Assembly (NCBI GenBank): GCA_964346895.1
Contig: CAYFWY010000001.1
Span: 1-55,063, forward strand
Reading direction: 5' to 3'
From: an uncultured Candidatus Bathyarchaeia archaeon
GTDB lineage: Archaea > Thermoproteota > Bathyarchaeia > Bathyarchaeales > Bathyarchaeaceae
Length of the DNA: 55,063 bases
Both the position numbers and the translations under genes were made by a program. The notes under the pieces are model-generated. The model made no database searches. It saw only the letters and a list, made by a program, of their open reading frames with translations, and was not told the DNA's origin. Shown piece after piece: positions 18,300-28,110 of this stretch (positions are counted from its first letter, which is position 1; every line of letters starts with the position of its first letter).

Positions 18300-20270
18300 T
18301 TAGTCTGTTTGAAGCTTGGGAAGAATTTCTTTAAAGTGATCTAGCGATTTTGGATTGATTAGAGAGTCGATATTTAGAACAGGCTTGCCATGTATTATGT
18401 TTGTAATTGCGATTTCAACCTTTTTCATGCTGAAGGTGTATGGAACGTCTGGCACTTCCACTATTAACGCTGGAACATGGCGAGGAGAAGCATTTTCGCC
18501 TAGGGCTCTTTTTATCTTTTTCTTTAAATTGTCTGTTAAGCTTTGTCCCGGAACAAGTTTGACAAAGAGGATTATGCGCTGATCTCCTTTCCAAGACTGG
18601 CCCGCGGCTACGCTGTCAGCAATTTCTTCCAGTTCCTCTACTACATTGTATATTTCAGCTGTACCTATGCGCACCCCTGATGGCTTCAAAACAGCGTCGG
18701 AACGACCTAGGAAAGTTATTCCACCTGTATCGGTGTGAACTATAATGTAATCGCCGTGTCTCCACACGTTCTTGTTAGAATAAAACCTAAAGTAAGCACT
18801 TTCGTACCTTTCGTTTGTTGGGTCTTTCCAGAAAAAAAGGGGCATAGATGGAGAAGGAGCTTCACAAACGAGTTCTCCTTGTTGATCAGCTAGGGGGTTT
18901 CCCTTCTCGTCATAAGCCTTCACTTTCATTCCCAAAGCCGGAGCCTGTAATTCACCGGCATAAACAGGGAGTGTAGGGCTTCCAGCGACAAAACAACCAT
19001 TGATATCTGTGCCGCCTGAAATAGAGTTGAAATGCAAATCTTTTTTGATCTCTTGGTAGACATATTCAAATCCTTCAGCTGAGAGAGATGAACCCGTTTG
19101 AGATATTTCTCGTAATGATGATAAATCGTAGGCTTTTCCGGGCTTAACTCCTTGACTTCGCAGATAATTGATATATGTTGCACTACAACCGAAAATGGTG
19201 ATTTTCTCGTCCTGAATTAATTTCCACATGGCGTTTGGATCAGGATAGTTGGGGTTGCCATCGTATAGCACAATCGAGGCTCCAACCGCTAGAGAGCTCA
19301 GCATCCAATTCCACATCATCCAACTACAACTTGTCAGGTACATGATCGTATCTTCTCGTTTTAAATCTGTATGGAGCATTAGCTCCTTTAGGTGATTGAT
19401 AAGGACTCCACCAGCTCCCTGTACAATGCACTTTGGTTTACCGGTTGTTCCTGAGGAAAACATGATAAACAGAGGATAACTGAAAGGTAACTGTTCAAAT
19501 TGAATTTCCAGTTCTGTTTCCGGAGCTAAAAAATCATCATAATGCACAGAATTGGCGATATTGCTGACATCAGGTTTTGCTTCCACATATGAAGAAACGA
19601 TCACCTTTTCCAGCGAGGGAATTCCTTTGGTAACTTTCTCAGCTTTAACTAAAATGTTATGAGTCTTACCTTTGTAGAAATATCCATCAGCTGTAAACAT
19701 AACTTTAGGTTCAATTTGACCGAGACGATCCAGTACTGCTTTTGCCCCGAGCTCAGCACCACAAGAAGCCCATGTAGCGCCAACACTAGTGGCGGCAAGC
19801 ATGGCAATGGCTCCTTCTGTCAAATTGGGCATAAAGGAACATACACGATCTCCCGAGACAACCCCTATCTTGCGTAGCGATTTAGCCAGACGCGCCACAG
19901 AGTTGTACAATTCTCTATAGTTTATCTTGGCAGATTTTCCGGTTTCACCTTTGAATATAAAGGCTGTTTGGTCGTCTCTATGTCTCAATAGGTTCTCGGC
20001 GAAATTCAATCTTGTGCCTTCAAACCACCTTGCACCAGGAAACTTGCTTAAGTCATCAACCACCTTGTCATATCGACGGGAGGCTATGATTCCACCAAAT
20101 TCCCAGATGGCCGCCCAAAAATCCGGTATATTCTCTGTCGACCAGTTGTGCATTTGGGAATAAGAGTCGATATTAAGACGATGTTTTTTATTGACAAAGT
20201 CGATAAACATGGTCATATTAGCCTGTTTTATGCGTTCTTTGGAAGGTTGCCAGAGTGCTTTTTTCATCAT
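18300..20270 (-). CDS. Acetoacetyl-CoA synthetase (acetoacetate--CoA ligase)
   Basis: AACS-type N-terminus LWQPSKERIKQANMTMFIDFV..DSYSQMHNWSTENIPDFWAAIWEF, plus SSGTTGKPKCIVQ and RHGDYI..TDTGGITFLGRSDAVLKPSGVRIGTAEIY. The track ORF extends to a TTG at 20486. The ATG-ATG at 20270 gives a typical length of about 656 aa. Confidence 0.88.
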   Translation of the reverse strand: MMKKALWQPSKERIKQANMTMFIDFVNKKHRLNIDSYSQMHNWSTENIPDFWAAIWEFGGIIASRRYDKVVDDLSKFPGARWFEGTRLNFAENLLRHRDDQTAFIFKGETGKSAKINYRELYNSVARLAKSLRKIGVVSGDRVCSFMPNLTEGAIAMLAATSVGATWASCGAELGAKAVLDRLGQIEPKVMFTADGYFYKGKTHNILVKAEKVTKGIPSLEKVIVSSYVEAKPDVSNIANSVHYDDFLAPETELEIQFEQLPFSYPLFIMFSSGTTGKPKCIVQGAGGVLINHLKELMLHTDLKREDTIMYLTSCSWMMWNWMLSSLAVGASIVLYDGNPNYPDPNAMWKLIQDEKITIFGCSATYINYLRSQGVKPGKAYDLSSLREISQTGSSLSAEGFEYVYQEIKKDLHFNSISGGTDINGCFVAGSPTLPVYAGELQAPALGMKVKAYDEKGNPLADQQGELVCEAPSPSMPLFFWKDPTNERYESAYFRFYSNKNVWRHGDYIIVHTDTGGITFLGRSDAVLKPSGVRIGTAEIYNVVEELEEIADSVAAGQSWKGDQRIILFVKLVPGQSLTDNLKKKIKRALGENASPRHVPALIVEVPDVPYTFSMKKVEIAITNIIHGKPVLNIDSLINPKSLDHFKEILPKLQTD

Positions 20271-20486
20271 TTCGCTTCCTTTAGTTTTTCGCGCGCATAC
20301 TTTGATGTCCTTTTGTCTATTGATTAACTCTGGATCCGGAACGTGAAAATATGTGATTATGCCTTTTTCTTCGCCGACACCTTGGGGGAAGATTTGATTA
20401 TCTTTTATGGTATCATCACTGATTACGAGCGCTAGGCTTGAAGTAACGCCTTGCAGATGATAAGTAGTCAAATTAGTGGCATCCAA

Positions 20487-20960
20487 CTATTTTGTCGGTT
20501 TAAAATATCTTATGTCCATCATGGAACCTACGCGTTCTTTCTTCTTCTTGAAGACTGCCTCCACACAGATTCCGATTCTTAAATCTTTTGGATCCACTTC
20601 ACCCAGCCTGTGAACGAATCCGCCTTCAACGTTATCGATTTTGACCATTGCCCAGATAACTGGCTTCTTTAGTTTGAATCCATCAACATCTATGTAAGCA
20701 ATTGTGTAGGTGTAAACTTTACCCCTTTTGCCAACCTTCACCCACTCCTTCAATCTCTCAAAACATCGTTCGCAGAAAAGCCTCGGAGGCACGTAGATGA
20801 TACCGCAATTTTTGCAGTTGGTACCGAAGATCTTTGCGTTTTCCTTAATCTCCCTGAAGAATTTCTCTCCCGTAATGCCGTAGGTGTATGAGTAGTCACA
20901 TTCCATGTGGCCCATCCAATGCTTAATCTCACGGGGGTCGCCTATTTTTTCTAAGGACAT
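20487..20960 (-). CDS. DUF35 OB-fold/zinc-ribbon protein
   Basis: 157-aa ORF with zinc ribbon CKNCGIIYVPPRLFCERC followed by an OB-fold-like region. Confidence 0.85.
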   Translation of the reverse strand: MSLEKIGDPREIKHWMGHMECDYSYTYGITGEKFFREIKENAKIFGTNCKNCGIIYVPPRLFCERCFERLKEWVKVGKRGKVYTYTIAYIDVDGFKLKKPVIWAMVKIDNVEGGFVHRLGEVDPKDLRIGICVEAVFKKKKERVGSMMDIRYFKPTK

Positions 20961-20964
20961 AGTT

Positions 20965-21477
20965 CTACACTTCCATTGGCTTGAAATATCTTATGTCCGT
21001 TATGGCTCCTATCCGCTCTCTCCGAGGTTTCCAAACAGCTTTTACTCTCATGCCAAAATTGATGTTCTTTTTCTTTGCTTCGCCTATAAGATGAAATATT
21101 CCCATGCCCTTTGAGGCTCCGTCAAGTTCGATTATGGCAATTAAAATCGGTTCTTTCAGTCTTTTTGCATCTGCGGCCAGATAGGAAATTGAGTAGGTGT
21201 TAATTATGCCTGTATCCTTGACGTAAACCCACTCATCTGTAGGTCTGAAACATAACTCGCAGTACATTCGCGGCGGAACCATTATGCGCCCACATATGTT
21301 ACATTTTCTGGCAATAATTCTCCCCTGTTTGAGCTCTTTCAGAAATCTACTCATAGCTGTTCCAGTATTCCATGCATATCTTATCTTCGGTTTCCAACGT
21401 TCAACTGGAACTCGTCCTTTCCTCAGATCCTCTGTTTTGATCCTTTCACCAGCATACTTTTCAGTTTTCGCGCTCAT
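20965..21477 (-). CDS. DUF35 OB-fold/zinc-ribbon protein (paralog)
   Basis: 170-aa ORF with zinc ribbon CNICGRIMVPPRMYCELC followed by an OB-fold-like region. Confidence 0.85.
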   Translation of the reverse strand: MSAKTEKYAGERIKTEDLRKGRVPVERWKPKIRYAWNTGTAMSRFLKELKQGRIIARKCNICGRIMVPPRMYCELCFRPTDEWVYVKDTGIINTYSISYLAADAKRLKEPILIAIIELDGASKGMGIFHLIGEAKKKNINFGMRVKAVWKPRRERIGAITDIRYFKPMEV

Positions 21478-21487
21478 TCTTAAAATC

Positions 21488-22666
21488 TCAGCTCCTCATA
21501 ACTATAACAGACCCGTATTGCATGAGATCACCCCAAGCTTGAGCTACACCAGTTCTTGGATCGTTTGGCACCTGTCGCTTTCCAGCCTCGCCTCTCAACT
21601 GCCAGAAGATTTCACAGACTTTCATTAGCCCAGCCGCCGCAATTGGATTGCCTACCCCTAAAAGACCACCAGAAGGATTTATGGGCAAGTCACCGTCTCT
21701 CTGTGTGACCCCCTCCTCTGTGAGTTTCGGAGCCTCGCCTTTCTTACACAAGAGGAGGCCTTCCATGTGATGAAGTTCCTTGTAGTCAAAGGGATCATAT
21801 GGTTCCGCGACATCTATCTCTTTACGAGGGTTTTTTATTCCCGCCATCTTGTAAGCCATTCTTGCGGCACATTCCACATATTTGGGAAAGTAGAGGTCTC
21901 GGTTGGTCCAGTAGGTTGAGTCTATGCACCAACCAACGCCGTCAATCCAAACAGGGGCATCCGTGATTTTTTTGGCTATATCCTCTGAAGCTAGGACTAA
22001 TGCTGCAGCGCCGTCACTCGTTGGACTAATATCTAGACGCTGGACAGGCCAAACCATGACCTCAGAGTTGAGAACGTCCTCGACCGTGATTTTTGCTGGG
22101 AGTTGTGCACAGGGATGATTCATTGCGTTTCCTTTGTTCTTAACAGAAACCAGTGCAATCTGTTCCTTCTTAACATCGTGGACGTGCATGTACCGGTGCA
22201 TCTCGAGAGCGAAGATCCAGACTAGGTTCATTCCAAGGGGTCTGCTCATTATTGGATCAAAGATGGTTGTGAAGGCGTATTGGGGATGGGGAAAACACGA
22301 CGACATTTTCTCTTCAGCTACCACTAAGCAAGTGTCAAAGTGACCTGAGGCCACGTGCCACCAACCCGCGTTCGCCGTAAAGACGCCTGTCCCTCCGCCG
22401 ACGTAGACTCTGCAGTATGGTTTACGCCATGCACCAGCCCCATTTGACAAGTTTTCTCCTTTCATATGGATTCCATCAAAAGCGTCGGGGCCTGTCCCAA
22501 GAGTAACACACTCGATGTCCTTTCGAGTTAGTCCAGCCGAATCGAGAGCCATTTTGGAGGCTTCATAAGCTAATTCTCTACCGGTTTCTTTCAAGTTTCG
22601 TCTGAAAAGGGTTAACCCCGCTCCAATAACTGCAACTCTTCGTTTAACAGACATTTTAAATCTCAT
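21488..22666 (-). CDS. Thiolase-fold (SCP-x-like) protein lacking the canonical catalytic residues
   Basis: 392-aa ORF colinear with the canonical thiolase at 4602-5801. It has GGTG in place of CASG, YDPF in place of HDCF, and GVGNPIAAAG in place of KGHPIGTTG. Confidence 0.85.
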   Translation of the reverse strand: MRFKMSVKRRVAVIGAGLTLFRRNLKETGRELAYEASKMALDSAGLTRKDIECVTLGTGPDAFDGIHMKGENLSNGAGAWRKPYCRVYVGGGTGVFTANAGWWHVASGHFDTCLVVAEEKMSSCFPHPQYAFTTIFDPIMSRPLGMNLVWIFALEMHRYMHVHDVKKEQIALVSVKNKGNAMNHPCAQLPAKITVEDVLNSEVMVWPVQRLDISPTSDGAAALVLASEDIAKKITDAPVWIDGVGWCIDSTYWTNRDLYFPKYVECAARMAYKMAGIKNPRKEIDVAEPYDPFDYKELHHMEGLLLCKKGEAPKLTEEGVTQRDGDLPINPSGGLLGVGNPIAAAGLMKVCEIFWQLRGEAGKRQVPNDPRTGVAQAWGDLMQYGSVIVMRS

Positions 22667-23829
22667 CCCAAGTCAGTGCTCAGAACAGCTACGGCCCCAC
22701 TATCGGTTGGAATTCCACGCCACACCTGGGCTAGTCCTGTTTCGGCGTTTGCTACTTGACGTCTGCCAGCTTCGCCTCGCAGTTGCAAAGTGATTTCCAG
22801 AAGTTTCTGAAGGCCTGATGCTTCAAGTGAGTATCCAACTCCTAGCAGACCACCGGATGAATTGACCGGTAGGTTGCCATCTCTTTCTGTAACCCCATCC
22901 TCCGTTAGCTTTCCAGCCTCCCCCCTTTCACAGAACCCTAGGGCTTCAAGGTTTTGAAGTTCTTTGTAGGAGAACATATCATCGATTTCTGCCAGGGATA
23001 TCTCTTTTCTCGGATTTTTTATCCCAGCAGTCTTGTAAGCCATTTTTGCTGCAAGTTCGGTGTATATTGCCCTCCCCCATTTGCGGGTCTCCAGCCAGGG
23101 AGTACCAGAATTCCATCCTACTCCCCTTATCCACACTGGAGTATCGGTAAGTTTTCTTACAACATTGTCTGAAGCCAAAACCATTACGACACACCCGTCA
23201 ACGAGGGGGCTGATTTCCAAACGTTTCAGCGGATAAAACAATGACTCTGATGCAAGCACATCGTCTACGGTTAGGTTTGCTCCAAAGGCTGCGTAAGGAT
23301 TGGCTAGAGCGTTTTTTTTGTTCTTTACAACGACTTGGGCGCACATTCTTTTTGTGGTTTTTGTGTCATGTAGGTAGCGATTCATTTCCAGTCCAGCAAT
23401 GTAAAATGGATGACCATCCATGGGTCTGTTAAAGAGTGGATCCATAGCAAAGGCAACGATGTCCGCAAAGGTGAGTATGTCAGAAGCTTTACTGTGCGCT
23501 TCAAGGGCAATTATGTTGAAGGCACCGGTGTGTATCAGCATATAGGCGGTTGCCAACCCATATAATCCGTCAGCTGCAATCGTGAACAAGGGTCTCAAAA
23601 CGGCTCCAAGCTGATCTGGAACAAACTCGTCAGAGATACTGACTCCTTCCCAGTAGTCTTCGGAACAGCAGATGAAAGTGTCTACGTCTCTTCGAGGATC
23701 AACTCCGGCATCTTCATAAGCTTTGGTTGCTGCCTCAAACATTAGTTCTTTATAAGATACTTCGGGGGTAATAGGTCTGAAGCCTGTGCATCCAACGCCA
23801 ACAATAGCTATTTTGTTCAGGGTTGTCAC
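22663..23829 (-). CDS. Thiolase-fold (SCP-x-like) protein lacking the canonical catalytic residues (paralog)
   Basis: 388-aa ORF with a GTG start. It has AADG in place of CASG, DDMF in place of HDCF, and GVGYSLEASG in place of KGHPIGTTG. Overlaps the next gene by 4 nt. Confidence 0.85.
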   Translation of the reverse strand: MTTLNKIAIVGVGCTGFRPITPEVSYKELMFEAATKAYEDAGVDPRRDVDTFICCSEDYWEGVSISDEFVPDQLGAVLRPLFTIAADGLYGLATAYMLIHTGAFNIIALEAHSKASDILTFADIVAFAMDPLFNRPMDGHPFYIAGLEMNRYLHDTKTTKRMCAQVVVKNKKNALANPYAAFGANLTVDDVLASESLFYPLKRLEISPLVDGCVVMVLASDNVVRKLTDTPVWIRGVGWNSGTPWLETRKWGRAIYTELAAKMAYKTAGIKNPRKEISLAEIDDMFSYKELQNLEALGFCERGEAGKLTEDGVTERDGNLPVNSSGGLLGVGYSLEASGLQKLLEITLQLRGEAGRRQVANAETGLAQVWRGIPTDSGAVAVLSTDLG

Positions 23830-24076
23830 CTTTTAACTTTAAAAAAGGTTTGCGTTATTTATTTAAAAAATTTTACATGCGCGCGCCAAAATGATAGACG
23901 TTTAATCATGCAGTAAATAGGAGTCAGGGTTGTCAAAACTGGTGAACTGTGTTGCATAGCCATAGCTTTCAGAATATGCCCAAAATTGCATGGATATGTG
24001 CGTTTGTCTTTACAAAAGAACTTATTTCTAAGCCCGAAGATATTCTTGCCACAGAAGCATTGGTGGGGGGAAATCT

Positions 24077-25243
24077 TTGGATTTTGAGTTGAGTGTTGAA
24101 CAAAAAATGATAGTTGAAACCGCTTCTGAAATAGCTCACGGTTTTGGTCCAGAATATTGGAGGGAAAAAGATAAGAAGCATGAATTTCCTGAGGATTTCT
24201 GGAAAGTTTTGGTTGAGAATGGGTTTTCGGGTATAGTTATTCCTGAAAAATACGGCGGAAGCGAGATGGGAATGTTTGAGATGATTTTAGCCATGGAAGC
24301 TTTAGCCTCTGAAGGTTGCGGATTGGCTGGAACATGGTTTCTATGTTTGACTTCTGTTTTTGGGAGCCTATCCATAGTAAAACATGGAAATAATAGTCAA
24401 AAAGAAGAATACCTGCCAAAAATTGCTAAAGGTACGGAGTTCTGTTTGGGTTTAACTGAACCTGAAGCTGGAACAAACACTTTAGCCACTAGGACAATGG
24501 CTGTGCCGAAAGGAGGCGAGTATGCAATCAACGGAGAAAAAATCTTTATTTCAGGTGCTGATAGGGCTGAAGGAATGATTCTCGTAACCAGAACAACTCC
24601 TTCAGAAAAAGCTCCAAAAAGAACTTTGGGTTTGAGCCTTTTCCTTGTAGATCTACCTAACCCGGCAATCGAAGTTGTTCCCATAGAAAAACATGGAATT
24701 AACTACTCAAAAACCTGTGAAGTTTTCATCAACGATCTTAGAATTCCTGAGGAAAAGATGCTGGGTGAAAAGAACAAGGGATGGTATCTCATATTGGACA
24801 TTTTGAACCCTGAAAGAATGTCTTTCTCAGCGGCTTCAGTTGGAATCGGGCTTTTAGCCATCAAAAAAGCTGTTGAATATGCTAAGGAAAGAAAGGTTTT
24901 CAGAAATCCCATAGGTTCTCATCAAGCTATCCAGTTTCCGCTCGCAGATGCTAAAGCAAAAATTGAGGCTGCCAAGCTGCTTAATTATATGGCTGCTTGG
25001 CTTTATGATAAGGGGCAACCTTGTGGTGCTGAGGCTAACATGGCTAAGATTTCTGCTGTTGAAGCAGGTTTCCAAGCCGTTTACCATGCTATGCAAACTT
25101 TCGGCGGCTACGGTTATGCTCTCGAATATGATGTAGAACGTTGGTGGCGAGAGATAAATCTCATCAGACTTGCACCCGTAACCCATCAAATGGCCTTGGC
25201 TTTTGTCGGTGAGCATGTTTTGGGTTTGCCAAAATCCTACTAA
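24077..25243 (+). CDS. Acyl-CoA dehydrogenase
   Basis: 388-aa ORF with a TTG start. LSVEQKMIVE, GLTEPEAGTN, and QTFGGYGY plus the ACAD C-terminal helical domain. Confidence 0.9.
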   Translation: MDFELSVEQKMIVETASEIAHGFGPEYWREKDKKHEFPEDFWKVLVENGFSGIVIPEKYGGSEMGMFEMILAMEALASEGCGLAGTWFLCLTSVFGSLSIVKHGNNSQKEEYLPKIAKGTEFCLGLTEPEAGTNTLATRTMAVPKGGEYAINGEKIFISGADRAEGMILVTRTTPSEKAPKRTLGLSLFLVDLPNPAIEVVPIEKHGINYSKTCEVFINDLRIPEEKMLGEKNKGWYLILDILNPERMSFSAASVGIGLLAIKKAVEYAKERKVFRNPIGSHQAIQFPLADAKAKIEAAKLLNYMAAWLYDKGQPCGAEANMAKISAVEAGFQAVYHAMQTFGGYGYALEYDVERWWREINLIRLAPVTHQMALAFVGEHVLGLPKSY

Positions 25244-25413
25244 ATCCGCGCACGCATAACGTATTTTGCAAAACCTCAGGCATTTCAGTTCACGAATATC
25301 TCCAATCCTTTGTTTTTGTATACAATGGCGGTGCTCCATGATGTTTGTTGCTGATCGAGTTGGACAAAAAATTTTAGGAAGCGTTGTTGTAGATCTTTTT
25401 CGAGGAACTTTTC

Positions 25414-27138
25414 TTGGGGGATGTTGATAACTTTCTTAAAGCAAGAGACTTGTTATTGAATGCAGACAATTATGAGTATACAAAAAGCAATTTTGAATGG
25501 CCGAAGATTGAAGAATTCAACTGGGCTACGGATTTTTTTGATAAAATAGCTGAAGAAAGTACTAACCCTGCAATAGTTTTAGTTGATGACAAGGGTCTAG
25601 AGGAAAAGATAAATTTCAAGAGTTTGAAGCAGAGATCCAACCAAGTTGCCAACTTCTTAAGAAGTCTTGATTTAACCAAAGGCGACAGGATATTACTCTT
25701 ATTACCGAATCGAGTTGAACTCTTCGAGATTTTTCTTGGAGCCATGAAAGTCGGATGTTCGATTGTACCAGCTTCAACATTACTTACCCCAGAAGATGTA
25801 AAAGACAGAATAGTTAGGGGAAATATCAAGTGCGCTATATCGGACCGAGTATTTTCTAATAGAATTGAACTGGCAGGCAAGGCAAAAGAAGCTTTGAAAT
25901 GCAAAATATTAGTTGACGGAGAGGCTAAAGATTGGCAATCCTATAGTGAAATAAACACCTTTTCATCAGAGTTTTCTACTAAACAGAAATTCTTACACAG
26001 CGACGAGCTATTGATTTATTTTACTTCTGGAACTACAGCAAAACCAAAACTTGTGTTACATACGTACACTAGTTATCCTGTAGGTCATTTGACAACGATG
26101 TATTGGATTGGTGTAAAGCCAGGAGATCTTCATTATAATATCAGTGCCCCAGGATGGGCAAAACACGCATGGAGTACAGTTTTTGCAGCATGGAATGCTG
26201 GAGCCACGTCCTTTGTTTATGCCTACTCAGGAAGGTTTAATCCGAAAAAGACTCTTGAAAACATAGAAAAATATGAAGTCAAAACTTTGTGCGCACCGCC
26301 TACTGTGTGGCGACTTTTCATGCTTGAGAAGTTGAAGAAGTACAGTTTCTCCTTGAAAGAAGTTGTTAGCGCTGGAGAGCCACTAAATCCTGAAATAATA
26401 AAGAGGGTTAAGGAAAGCACCGACTTAGAAATTAGGGAAGGATACGGACAGACTGAGACAACCTTGCAAATCGGCGTCTTTCCCGGCATGAAAATCAAAC
26501 CAGGGTCAATGGGGGTGGAAGCTCCAGGTTTTCATGTTGACATAGTTGACGTTTATAATCAGAAATGTTTAACAAACAACAGAGAAGGAGCGATTGCAGT
26601 AGAAATCACGCCGCGGAGACCTACTGGCCTCATGGAGCGCTACATCGATCCCGTAGAGAAGAACTTAGAGGTTTTTCTTGGAGGGTGGTATCTCACAGGA
26701 GACTTGGCCAAAAAAGATGATGATGGATATTTTTGGTTCATAGGGAGAATCGATGATGTTTTCAAAAGCTCAGACTATAGAATAAGCCCCTTTGAAATTG
26801 AAAGCGAACTGCTTACACATAGATTAGTAACAGAATCTGCGGTAATCGCCAGTCCTGATGAATTAAGAGGATATGTACCTAAAGCCTTCATAATCCTTAG
26901 AGCCGGCATAAAACCTTCTAGGGAAAACGCAATTGAGTTGTTCAGATTCACAAGAAACAAAATAGCACCGTATAAAAGACCCCGAATCATACAGTTTGTG
27001 ACAGAGCTCCCGAAGACCATTAGTGGCAAGATAAGAAGAAAGCAACTTAGACATCAAGAAGCACAATTAGGAAGCAGAAGAGCCAAAGCACAATATGAGT
27101 TTTATGAAGAAGAGTTCGCACAAGAACTTGAAATGTGA
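25414..27138 (+). CDS. AMP-forming acyl-CoA synthetase (medium-chain/ACSM-like)
   Basis: 574-aa ORF with YFTSGTTAKPKLVLH, EGYGQTET, YLTGDLAKKDDDGYFWFIGRIDDVFKSSDYRISPFEIE and PKTISGKIRR. The TTG start is uncertain. Confidence 0.88.
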   Translation: MGDVDNFLKARDLLLNADNYEYTKSNFEWPKIEEFNWATDFFDKIAEESTNPAIVLVDDKGLEEKINFKSLKQRSNQVANFLRSLDLTKGDRILLLLPNRVELFEIFLGAMKVGCSIVPASTLLTPEDVKDRIVRGNIKCAISDRVFSNRIELAGKAKEALKCKILVDGEAKDWQSYSEINTFSSEFSTKQKFLHSDELLIYFTSGTTAKPKLVLHTYTSYPVGHLTTMYWIGVKPGDLHYNISAPGWAKHAWSTVFAAWNAGATSFVYAYSGRFNPKKTLENIEKYEVKTLCAPPTVWRLFMLEKLKKYSFSLKEVVSAGEPLNPEIIKRVKESTDLEIREGYGQTETTLQIGVFPGMKIKPGSMGVEAPGFHVDIVDVYNQKCLTNNREGAIAVEITPRRPTGLMERYIDPVEKNLEVFLGGWYLTGDLAKKDDDGYFWFIGRIDDVFKSSDYRISPFEIESELLTHRLVTESAVIASPDELRGYVPKAFIILRAGIKPSRENAIELFRFTRNKIAPYKRPRIIQFVTELPKTISGKIRRKQLRHQEAQLGSRRAKAQYEFYEEEFAQELEM

Positions 27139-27260
27139 TTCACAATAAATTTCGAGTAATTCTCAGTGTATGTACGTATGGATTTGTGCAAAGTGGTTTG
27201 GCACAACTACGCCGCTGCACAATGTTGCTTCCCTTGTTCATAGATCAAGCCTGCTAAAAG

Positions 27261-27818
27261 CTACTCTTTTTGTCCATACTTTTCGTAGTAACAAAATTCT
27301 TGAAGCGGTTTTCTTCGATGGATTTCCCCCTTTTCTTTAGCTGGATAGCCTACAGGAGTGAAGGCTACAACTCGAACGTTTGCTGGAATGTCAAGGATTT
27401 CTTTCACCATTTTCTCGTCGAATTCTCCCACCCAACAGGTTCCTAATCCCCTATCACTAGCTGCAAGAATTAGATGCTCAAAAGATATGCCGATGTCTGT
27501 CATATAGTAATCCTTATCTCCCATGTGACCTGAATTCTGGGGTTGTGCACAAGCCACGATTATAACAGGTGCTTGACTAATCCAATCCTTTGACTCGGGT
27601 CTCGACTCTGCAATCTTGATTCTTCTCTTTTCGTTCTTGACAATTATGTACTCCCAACACTGTTGGTTCTTCCAAGAAGGTGCGAGACGAGCTGCTTCCA
27701 ACAAGAATTTTAGATCTTCATTAGATATAGGATCTGGCTTATACCCCCTTATGCTTCTTCTCTTCATAATTACATCAACAAACTCCATACCGCTCACCAA
27801 GTAGACATTAGCTAACAT
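27261..27818 (-). CDS. Nitroreductase-family flavoprotein
   Basis: 185-aa ORF with MKRRSIRGY, ARLAPSWKNQQCW and a nitroreductase-like length. The start could be 27788 (MEFVDV). Confidence 0.8.
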   Translation of the reverse strand: MLANVYLVSGMEFVDVIMKRRSIRGYKPDPISNEDLKFLLEAARLAPSWKNQQCWEYIIVKNEKRRIKIAESRPESKDWISQAPVIIVACAQPQNSGHMGDKDYYMTDIGISFEHLILAASDRGLGTCWVGEFDEKMVKEILDIPANVRVVAFTPVGYPAKEKGEIHRRKPLQEFCYYEKYGQKE

Positions 27819-28110
27819 AGTTATTTACAGTTAATGAATGCACATGCACATATTGTACGCAAGCTAGATTTGGGGATTAAAGTTCAACTCTTGTGTGCGC
27901 ACGTCTTAGAAGTGAGAAATAGCGACAATATATATATCGGTGTTAAATTGCCTTGAGGCGCTTTCTGTCATAATGCTCAATCCAATGCACAGATTGCTAC
28001 CGACAAGATTATTAAAACTTGAATTCATACCATTTCCCTTTGAACCCAGGAGAAAGTAGCAAAATTCTTGTTTTTGGATAGCATTATTATAGTATTGCAT
28101 TATCAGTTGC

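Noticed and set aside
18300-20486. Full 728-aa version of the acetoacetyl-CoA synthetase ORF
   Set aside because: The first 72 codons start at a TTG abutting the upstream stop and have no AACS-like sequence. The family-typical N-terminus begins at the ATG-ATG at 20270.
24854-25339. 161-aa minus-strand ORF, and similar long antisense ORFs at 13787-14179, 16748-17182, 25470-25904, 34117-34548, 46823-47242 and 54707-55027
   Set aside because: Each lies opposite a gene with clear family motifs, and none has recognisable motifs of its own. They are treated as shadow ORFs.
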